A stretch of 64,000 bases of DNA, from contig OZ024743.1 of the NCBI GenBank assembly GCA_964016885.1, forward strand, positions 25,978,001-26,042,000, written 5' to 3'. The DNA is from Eledone cirrhosa (lineage: Eukaryota). How positions within the stretch are numbered: the stretch's first letter is position 1; every line of letters starts with the position of its first letter. Made by a program: the position numbers and the translations under genes. Below, piece by piece: positions 53,990 through 64,000 of this stretch. The notes below the pieces were generated by a model. That model searched no databases and had not been told where the DNA came from. It saw only the letters and a program-made list of their open reading frames with translations.

Positions 53990-54735
53990 TGGACTACTCA
54001 TTAAATTAACGAGCAAGTGCCTGAATATTCGACATGTGTATGCCAATATAGTAGAAGGATATCGCTATGCAATACAGGAACAGGAAATCCCTACCAAATA
54101 TCTGCTATACAAAAAAGTAGGGTCATCAGTCGACAATAAATGTAAAACAAAGATCGAAGATGCTAGCCACATTGTTGTCAACTGCGAAAGAATGTCGTCT
54201 CGCTACTACCGCCCTATGAGACACGATGTGATAGCTAGAAGCATCTGGAACGCACTAAGGAAAACAAAATTAAAAACAAATGAATATGTCGAGATAGATG
54301 GCACTAAAGAATACTGCTGGAACCTGAAAATAAAAACTGTCACCAAATTAAAGCACAACCGGCCTGATATTGTTATTTGGGACCTCACATTGAAAACGTG
54401 CTCTGTTGTAGAGATCAGCTGCGTAAGAAAAATACAGGAGAAGGAGGACATCTACGGACCATTGATGAGGAATGTGCAGATTCAGTATCCAAGATACACC
54501 TTCAGCTTCAAACCCATTATTATTGGAGCTACAGGTTATATACCAACCCGCTTGGACCAAAGTATGACTGAACTTGGATTTGTGGATAAAGAACGCAGCT
54601 CCCTAATTCATAAACTACAAATGGCCGCGATAACATTCTTGAGATTCAAGGGATGACAATTTCTTTTCTTTTACAACCTTGCCACCGGGAAGGGGGCCGG
54701 TCAAAAATGTACTCGAAATTAAGAGAAAGAGAAAC
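53990..54735 (+). mobile_element. 5'-truncated R4/Dong-like (RLE) non-LTR retrotransposon
   Basis: ORF 53964-54656 has AIQEQEIPTKY, HIVVNC, RHDVIA, HNRPDIVIWD, VVEISC and PIIIGATG. A short 3'UTR runs into (TACA)n. Confidence 0.85.
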
Positions 54736-55379
54736 ATACATATATACATACATGCATATATGCATGCATACACACATACACATATATATATAAACATGCA
54801 TACACACACATACATGCATACATACGTACATATATACATGCATACACACACATACATACATGCATACATACATGAATGTATGCATACATACATACATGCA
54901 TACATGCATACATACATGAATGTATGCCTACATACATACATGCCTACATACATACATACATACATACATACATACATACATACATACATACATACATTGG
55001 TAGGTAGAGAAATGGACCGTGAATTAAAATTGTAAAAGAAAATAAATAACAGGAAAGGCTTTATTTAAAATGTTGAAAATCATAAATGTAAACAAACTAA
55101 GGAATCTGAATAAAGCTGTTCGTGATGTTATGACCTTTAAAAACGTTGATAAACAGAACAGAGAAATCTTTTAGATACTGTTCACTGCAATAAATACAAT
55201 CAATAAAAATGGAGACCATAATTTCCTGTTGTAATTCTCTTCATGACTATAATACAAATGAAGACTGTATCTCTATAGTGTGTAGAGAAAACGATGGCTC
55301 ATTGGAGCAGACGATACGATTATTTCAATTGTCGATATTTATTTATCTATTGTTTTATTACTATTGTTATTATTATTAT

Positions 55380-55600
55380 AAGGGCGGTGAGGACGGTCGA
55401 TTGGCAGTATCGGTATAGTGTCGGACAACATGATTCATGGCATAGAGTTACGGCACTTTACGTTCTGAGTTCTAATCCCGCCGAGGTTAGCTTTGCCTTT
55501 TATCATTACGGGGTCGATAAAATAAAGTACCAATAATGTACTGGGGTTGATTTCCCCTCACCCCAAATTGCTAGCCTTGTGCCTATAGTAGAAATTATTG
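55380..55600 (+). mobile_element. SINE copy
   Basis: AAGGGCGGTG 5' end, A/B boxes, core, and GCCTTGTGCC...GAAATTATT tail. Confidence 0.88.
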
Positions 55601-56113
55601 TTGTTGTTGTTGCTACTGCTGCTGCTGTTTTCTTCAGGACTGTACGTAACTTTGTTCCATTCTGTAAATTTTGTTGAGTTTCACCCGTTTTTTAAACGTT
55701 TTTCTTTGGAAATATTTATTTCTGTAGCTAAACCAACCAGCTTCCTCGGAAGTTGGTTGTCTTTCCTTTACCTTTAGTCTCTAAAGGGCTAAAACTACAT
55801 TTATTTTGTTACTTCATCCCACAATTTTCAACAACAAAAATAAGGCGGATACCGAAATTCCTTCCCCTAGGAAAAGCGTTGGCGTCAGGCACAAAACAAC
55901 AGGTACAACAATCACTACATTATAACCAACAGTATCAACAACAACAACAACAGCAGCAGTAACTACAGTAACAGTACCAACAACACCAGTGACGACAACG
56001 ACAACATAAGAACCAAAAATCAAGTCCAACAGAAAGTTTCTCTGAACTTGATTTCCCACCACTGCCAAAGTACGCAATTATGAATGTCGCCGCCCACACC
56101 ACCACAATAGTAA

Positions 56114-56838
56114 GCACTGCCTTGTGGTGTTTTGTCGAACGGCGTGTAGGACGGATTCAGCTATCGGCCGATTCCATAGTGAAGTTGACCACGCCACATT
56201 ATTTTGGATTGGCAGTATCGGTAGAGAGTCGGACGCCATGCTTTGACGCATAGAATTACGGCCCTTGCCATTCTGAGTTCAAATCCCGCTGAGGTTAACT
56301 TTGCCTTTCATCCTTACGGAGTCGATAAAATAAAGTACCAGTAATTACACTGGGTAATTGCTGGCCTTGTGCCAAAAGTAGAAACAATTATTTTGGTCGG
56401 GAAAGGCAACTAGTTTTCCTCTGTCTGATGGCTGTGGCGACTTTTTCAAGATCAACTTGGAAAGAATGGGGAGGCTTGAAGAGGGAAGTGCTGCTCCTCT
56501 CCCTCAGTACATTTGTTAAAAGGCTAGCGAGGATGGTTCGAGTAAATGAACCTACTCTGAACATGGACCTGTAGGATGGAGTGTTTCGAGAGGAGAGGGG
56601 CACCTTCTGATAATGCTCTTAAAGATTACATTGGTTTAGGATGTGTGGGGTTCCTCAGTTACCCCTGGGTGGTGCTCTCCTCTATTGGGGAATTTATATT
56701 GTTATTAATTTATTGTCTATTGTTATCTGTTTTATTTGTTTACACGCTTTCAATTCTTTGTAAATCTCCACTGTTCCTATCTTTGGTATTGTCCTACATG
56801 TTTCGGTCCTTGTGGCCAATAAAGAAAGAATTATTATA
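56114..56838 (+). mobile_element. L1/Tx1 3' fragment with a SINE (56208-56386) inserted
   Basis: ALWCFVERRVGRIQLSADSIVKL...FGRERQLVFLCLMAVA...LARMVRVNEPTL. TSD ATTATTTTGG at 56198-56207 and 56387-56396. Confidence 0.85.
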
Positions 56839-57135
56839 GTGTGTATGTTTATATTTTCTTCTTTTTTTCATTTATCTATTTACTTATTTATTTATATACT
56901 GCGGAAATAATACTATATATATATATATATATATATATACAGTATGGACTGAGAGTTAAAAACAAACTACACAAACATTTTACAATAATAGAAATGGCGG
57001 ACGGAAGTAACATTATGTCTTTAGCAAGATCCCGTCAGAGCTACTAAAGTGACAAACATCCTTAGAGAGGCGCCATACAATTGCATTTGAATAACAACAG
57101 AGGGGGAAGAAGAGAGGCATGAGATAGAGAGAGAG

Positions 57136-57166
<31 letters not shown>

Positions 57167-57857
57167 AACAAACAAACAAACAAACAAACAAACAAACAAA
57201 CAAACAAACAAACAAACAAACAAACAAACAAACAAACAAACAAAGAACGAAAGAAAGAGACGGAGAGACGGCTATTGAAAGGAAAAATCCGAAAGCATTT
57301 GAGTTCAAACTATGGTTTCAAACACGTTCAGAGTAATGGCAACAAAATAGTCGTTAATCTCGACATTGAATATGTCTGTTAATAGGAATATCCTATAGCG
57401 GCATAATAGATATTAAATCCACTGAATTTTGTGGTGCCAAATTTAATCTAGTATCACCATTTTAACAGACGTTTGATGCTCTATTTTTCTGACCCTTTAT
57501 AATGTATATGAGACGGTTAAACTTCGGTCTTTCCGAGTTTTCTTCATTTTGTTTCTTTTTGTTTGTGTTTTGTTTGTTTGTTTTTTAAATGTTTATGTTG
57601 TTTTTATTGTTGTTCTTTTTGTGTGAAGAAATATATATGTGCCTGCACGCGTGTGTATGTGTGTATATCAAATTATACATTCATGTCATTAACTTTGTAT
57701 GCATTACAATGCCATCAAAAGTAATAAATATTGTATTTACAATTATATAGATTTGTGTATGTGTGTATATAAATATATTTATTTGAATGTAGGTGTATAT
57801 GTGTGTATGGACATAGATATATAGATAAATAGATAGATAGATAGATAGATAGATATA

Positions 57858-60800
57858 TTTCTTTATTAGCCACAGGGGCACAAAAGAAGGGGACAAATAC
57901 AAAGGGGGAAGTTTACATACAATAAAAACGTGTAAAATGTTATCACAGATGGAATTTAAAAGTTAGTCGATTTTCCCCAATAGAGGGAGACAGTTTATAT
58001 GGGTAACACAGACCCCCGAAAAAAATGTGCAACCCTCATCTCCAGGAGTACGAAGAGCTTGTACTCCTTTCCTCTCCTCCTCCTTTTCCTCAACCTACAG
58101 GCTGATATAGAGAGAAGGCCCATTCACTCGGGCCATTCTCGCCACTTTCACCCACCTTTCATAAAACTTGCTGGGGTACAGCACCTCTCTCTCCATCCTG
58201 ATTCTTCTTCCAAAGTGGTATTTGAAAAAAAGAATCAGTTGTTGGTCGGAGAGAATGGTGTCTGACCTCAGCCCTTTCAGCGTTGTCCACCATACAACCT
58301 CTTTCGCCATAGCTATCACACAAAGGAAAACCGCCTCTCCTTCGTTTTTGAAGGAGGGTGGCGGTTTGATCATGACAATGGACTCGGTGGTCAACCGGAT
58401 TGGTCCCACCCGCGACAATAGTCGTTCTACATAGCCCCACAGGTCGGTAACGCCCGGGCAGTGTATGAATGCGTGCGCGACGGTTTCTTCATCTCGCACG
58501 CACCTCGGACAGATCTTTTTTGCAGGGTCCCTGCCCGGGTGCCCATGTCTGTAGAACTGGTAGAGCTCCTCGGTAGCACTGCCAGGCCAGAGACTTTTGG
58601 AAGTTGTCCATCGGTCCCGGGCGGAAGGTCCTACCGAACAGACTGGCCAGTTCGTCTTCCTCTACGCCTAGAGTTTCACCGAGCGCGTCGTCGCACTTGC
58701 TGCGGATCACCCTCTATAGAATGACGAAGTGGAGACTCCACTGATCGCCGGATCCACCTGCCAGAGGGCTGTGAGCGCCTGAGCACATTCGATGTGCCAG
58801 TCGCCCATTTTTCTCGGTCTTTGTTGACCCAGGACTGCAGCTCGGTCAGCGAGATGAGTCGTGGGAAGGCTCGCCTCACGAACGGGGCCCACACCGGTTG
58901 TCCGGTGAGGAATACGTAGAGATGTCGCAGCCTGAGCGCGTGTTTGCGCATCGTCACCCACGGCATCCCCAGCCCTCCGTTGGAAGGGTGTTGGCAGCAG
59001 ATGGATCTTCTCACCAAAGGGTCCCGCCTCTTCCAAAGGAATTGGAAGAGCGCGCGCTCCATTTTGGTGAGCGTTTTGGCTGGACAAGGCACGACGGTCA
59101 AGCGGTAGTAGATGGTGGACGCTATAAAAGTGTTCGCCACCTCCGCTCGACCTTTCAATGATAGTTTGCACTCGGCCCACTTCTGGGTGAGTGCAAATAC
59201 CTTGGCCGTCACCTCGTTCCAGTTCTTTTCCACGTGGAGGTCCGGACCAAACCAGACCCGACGACGCCATCGGAAGGCATCGGCCTGCCTCTCCACCATC
59301 TGAGTTGCAAACCGATGGACTTGTCCCGGTTCAGCTTCGCTCCTGTGAATCTTTCGTATTCCTTCAGTAAGGTGCCGACTTCCTCGATTTGCGAGGCGCT
59401 CAACACCATTATTGTCACGTCGTCGGCGTAGGCCGACGACGCTTTCCACAGTCCCGGTTCCAGAGGGATGCCCTGCAATAGCTCCAACTTCCGCAGTAGT
59501 GGCTCGAGAGTCAGTACGTACAGAAGGGAGGAGAGAGAGCATCCCTGTCGAATAGATCGCGTGATATGGAACGGCTCCGAGAGGTAGCCGTTCACCTTGA
59601 CCCTTGAGTAGATGTTGCTGTTGTGCATTGCAGCAATCCAGCCCCTGAACACGGGTTCGAAGCCTGCCGCCTCGAGCACCCCATCCAGGTAATGATGGTC
59701 AACCCTATCGAAAGCCTTAGACTGATCCAAGTTGATCAGGGCCCCACCGAAGCCGGGTTTACACCCTACCCTCTCTATGATGTATCGCATGAGGTGGAGG
59801 TTGTCGTGTATGGACCTAGTCGGGATTGCGCATGTCTACGCTTCTCCCACCAGGTTCTCGACGACAAGTGCCAGCCTCTTTGCCAACACGTTGGCCAAAA
59901 TCTGTAACTCTGTGTTTAGCAGAGTTATGGGCCGGAAGTTGCCTATGTCATCCCCCTATTCTCGTCCTTCCTGACTAGTGTGACTACGCCCCCGGTCACA
60001 GAACTGGGAATTCTCCCGTTCTGTTGCCAGTTGCAGTAGACCGCTTCCAGGAGACCGGAGAATAAGTCCGGCATTGCTACGTAAAATTCGTAGGGTAGAC
60101 CGTCGAGACCAGGAGATTTGCGTTTGCCACATTGGCTCAGCGCGTCCACCCTCTCAGCAGCTGAAATCGGCTTTTCGCAGAATTTCGCCTCGCTGTCCGG
60201 GAGTCGCGGTAGGCCGTCGAGGTATGGACCGAAATCCATAGCCCTTCCCGGCGAGCCGCCCTGCCCGAACAGTTGGGCAAAGTGCCACTGAAAGGCCGCA
60301 CACATCTGCTTCGGCTCACGTATCACGCGTCCGTCTTGGTCCTTCAAAGACCGAATCGTGGACTTGTTGCCACTTTTCGCCTCCGTCACTCGGGCCCTGC
60401 TAACAGCTTTGGCTCCTCGTTTCCCAGATCGCGTATTTTGCTTCTGACAACGCAGCCCTCGTGTTTTGCGTCGAAGAACTGTCCAAGGCCGTTCTCGGTC
60501 CAAGGCCGTTCTCGTTGCTTGCACGCTGGCTACGTTGCCACTTCTAATTGCCTCTTCTACTTTATCTACCAGTTCCTTCTCGGTTCTATTTCTATCTAAC
60601 GCTAATTCTTTACTAAAAACTAACGAGTCTAATCTAACTGCCTCTTGAGAGAGTACCACCATCTGTTGTTGACAATGGCCCCTGTCAAGTGCTGTTTAAC
60701 TAAAGTGCTAATCCGTCTACTGTAGGCTTTGCATGTTAGGTAACGACAAGTTCAGCTTCCAGTAGCCGGGTCCTTGTCTATGGGTTCTATCAAGGTTGAC

Positions 60801-63216
60801 CATGCAGGTCACTAGTTTGTGATCTGAATAGGCAACCATGAACATTTGTGGACAGCTTAACATGTCCCTATCCTTATTTCTAACTAGAACCCTATCTAGG
60901 TACGATCTAGATGTTCCGCTACGATTAGTCCACGTCCACAGTGGCACAGTCGGAAAATCTAGTCGATATCTATCGGCCAGGTTAAATCGGCCGATTAACT
61001 GTTTGAGGCTGTTACCTTTATCGGGACATGCTCCCACATAGTCCCAACGTGCATCTAGGATTCCATTCCAGTCCTCCACTAAAAGCAAGGAGCGGGACGT
61101 TCCCAGAAAAGTCTCTAGACGTTTGAAGAAGTCTGGCCGCGGTGTCCCGGGTGGGGTATATGCGGCCAGACTTGAGGGTGGGGAAACTTTTTAAAAGGAC
61201 GCGGTTAATGGGTTTAACACAAGGATTACCCACGTCCTTAGGAAAGTTTTCCTTTAAAGACTTATAGGTGTCCGTAGGGACCCTAATCATCTTTAAATTA
61301 GGTTTGTCTACACAGTACGAAAAAGTTTTCCCTTCGGTGAAAACCGAAGGGTCGTTGGAGATGACCTCCATTAAAGTTTTGTTTTTACTGTTTATGTATG
61401 TGTAATGTTATTGTTGTGTTGCGTTGGTTTTGTCTGTTGTTCTTGTGGGAGCTTTCCTTTTGTTGTAGGTGTTTGTGTTTGGAGTGATGTCGTGGTTTTG
61501 TTTTCAGGACGGGGGGGGGGGGTTGTAATGTTTGTGTTGTTTGTGTTGGTGGTTGTATGTTTGTAGTGATGTTTGTTGTTGTTTTTTGTTCTTGTGGTGT
61601 CTTTTCTTCTTTCTTTTCGAACGGAGAGGCCCTCCCTCATCGTCACTTGGTGATAATGTGGGGGCCTCGTCCGTTGTGGTGTCTGTGTTATTTGGAAGGG
61701 GTATGTTTTGGGGAGCTGTTGTGTTTGTGGGTGTTTTTGCAGTGGTTTTAGGTGGAGTGGGGTTTGGTGGGACTGTGCTTGCAGGTTGGTTTGTTGTTCT
61801 TCTTTTGGTTATGTTTGCGTGTTGTTGTTGTTGTTGTTGTTGTGGTGGTGGTGGTGGTGGTGGTGGTGGTGGTGGTGGTGGTGGTGGTGGTGGTGGTGGT
61901 GGTGGTGGTGGTTGTGTTGTTGTTTTGGGTGTTGGCAGTAGTGCCTCTTATTTTTTGTAGTTAACTGAGGACAGTAAGCCTTCAAGTGACCACTGCTTAA
62001 ACAGTGGTAACATGAAGGCCGCCTACCCTCAACAGAAATGTTTATGTGTGAAATTCCATCCAGAGGCACACGTTGGGGTATTTTAGCTATCCATTCTGGC
62101 CACATTTGGACGTCCATGCTTGTACCATTGAATGTGCCCTGGAGGACTTTCCCACCGAAATGATGGTGTCTTCGTCGAAATCGATGAAGCCAGTTAAAAT
62201 CCACCAGACGTTTACATTTGGCGCAATGTTCGAAATTTTTATTTTTTGCGTTCTTTTTCCCATATATGTGGGGAAAAAGGTGTAAAGGGGGGACACAATC
62301 AGCGATACAGAATATTTTGTGCTGTCAATTGGTCTTTCAACAACACCGAAATGCTTCCAAAAAGTTTCCCTTTTTTGATGAAGGCCCTTCATGGAATTCT
62401 TCAGAACCAGTTCAATATCGTTTTGGGATAATTGAACTGGTTTTTTCGATACATTTGAAACCGTCCTAAAAATTACTGTTTTTAGAACAGTTTCTCTGCG
62501 TAACTGTTGAGGAGAAGTGATGCTGAAAGCACCACTCTCACCAAAAGTTACATACTGTTTTGCATCGCTTAACATTTCCCTAGCATTGGAAATGTCAAGG
62601 TATGTGAACAGTTCCGTCTTTTGGACGGTTTGAGCAAAGGAAATATTTTCCTTGTTCGTGGAGTTGTTCGTGTTGCTGTTGTTGTTGGTGGTGTTGTTGT
62701 TATCATTGTTGCTGTTGTTGTTGGTGGTGTTGTTGTTATCATTGTTGCTGTTGTTGTTCTTGTTGTCATTATTGGTGTTGTTGTTGTTGTTCTGGTTGGC
62801 GTTGTTTATATTTTGCATGTTATTGATGTTTGTGTTAGTGTTGATGTTACAATCAACGTCCGACATCGTGTTTTCAGAACTGACGACATTTTCGATGTCT
62901 TTCAATGAGGTGGTGAAAGGAGGTGACTGCGAGTTTAACACTCTTACCGCCTCTCCACCACTTTTAGTTTTGAATGCAGCGTTCATGATTGAATGCAAGG
63001 TTTGTTTACAATTTTTCACCGGCGAAATTTTTTTTCCAAACGAAAATTTCACCCCAGGGAGGGGTGAAGATGACTTGACTAGTGATGATTGGACTGAAAG
63101 TCCATACGTGGGGTCAAGCTATAAAATAGTAATAAATTTAACAATAAATTTTTGATTTCTTACTTAGAAAATCAACAAAAACTTACCAGCGAACTGGTAC
63201 ACGTCTCAAGTAAAAC
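57858..63216 (-). mobile_element. Near full-length L1/Tx1-clade retrotransposon, copy B (frameshifted, ORF1/ORF2 junction deleted)
   Basis: Collinear with copy A: ORF1 pieces (62087-63052, CYHCLSSGHLKAYC) and ORF2 pieces (SYLDRVL, SDH, DQSKAFDRV, YADD, CPRC...HAFIHC). The 3' end is AATAAAGAAA followed by (TATC)n. Confidence 0.93.
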
Positions 63217-63224
63217 AGATAGAC

Positions 63225-63362
<138 letters not shown>

Positions 63363-63861
63363 AGCGTAATGGCAGAATTGCAGTATTTATTCCGGCTCTC
63401 TGCGCTCTTAGTTCAAATCTCATAGAGATCAACTTTGTCATTTATAAAATGTAGGACCAGTACAGGCGGGATTGTTGCAGTATTCGAAGGCAATACTTTA
63501 CGGTGTTTATTATGGCTCTGTGGCCTGTTTGAATGGTAGACTTAATCCTCTGCTCTTTTTAACACCATCGACCTCCGCTAAATATAAAGATTGTAGCCAA
63601 GTCTCTTGTTTGTGGATAATGTTCTCTCTCCTTCGAACAAGTCTAATAGGACGAAATGAGTCATTAACATTGTCCTTCTCTTCTTAACAAAACAGTGCAT
63701 ATATATATATATATATCTGGTGAGGCATAATAAGAACATGCTGCCTCGGTGGTCTCTGGCTCAAAAACAAAAACATAAATACATTTTTTCTTCTGATTTT
63801 TCTGTACTTGTTTCCTTAAAGTTTACCTTCCTTCCGTTGGTATACATCTATTAAGCAATTT

Positions 63862-63919
63862 ACACCTGAAGATGTCAACAGGTTCTTACATAACCTGGTC
63901 ACTGAAATCTGCATAGTGT
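63862..63919 (+). ncRNA. Type I hammerhead ribozyme motif (partly degenerate)
   Basis: ACAC-CTGAAGA-tgtcaaCAGGTT cttacat AACCTGgtcact-GAAA-TCTGCA-TA-GTGT, with AATAAA about 8 nt downstream. Confidence 0.65.
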
Positions 63920-64000
63920 TTGCAGAAATAAATAATTAAGGAAATTCAACATTTTTTGCCTCCTGTAATTTTACATATAGAAGTGGTTACACAACAGTTA

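Noticed and set aside
61018-61371. ORF1-ORF2 fusion in copy B as a splice product
   Set aside because: The junction near 61168 lies about 110 codons inside ORF2 and does not match the splice sites seen in copy A. More likely an ordinary deletion.

Overview
This is AT-rich, microsatellite-saturated eukaryotic DNA, not prokaryotic. The repeat style suggests an animal, probably an octopus-type cephalopod (inference only). No host protein-coding gene can be supported, and most ORFs in the track are translations of (TA)n, (CA)n, (GA)n, (TACA)n or trinucleotide tracts. The window contains: two near full-length but frameshifted L1/Tx1-clade retrotransposons on the minus strand (about 32570-38160 and 57858-63216) plus four Tx1 fragments; about 20 copies of one tRNA-headed SINE family; RTE-, CRE- and R4/Dong-type LINE remnants; two Tc1/mariner derivatives; and a non-autonomous Helitron. 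Three signals stand out. (1) Many short elements embedded in (TA)n carry type I hammerhead ribozyme motifs and fold-back arms, probably derived from Penelope-like elements. One is a 284-bp palindrome with a hammerhead on each strand. (2) The SINE 3' end matches the 3' end of the Tx1-type LINE, which suggests a Tx1-driven SINE. (3) Both Tx1 copies have a splice donor about 30 nt from the 5' end and a covarying 5'UTR hairpin, and copy A has a strong acceptor 7 nt before the ORF2 ATG, which suggests splicing-based ORF2 expression. Coordinates were counted by eye, and element ends are approximate unless a TSD or TIR is quoted.
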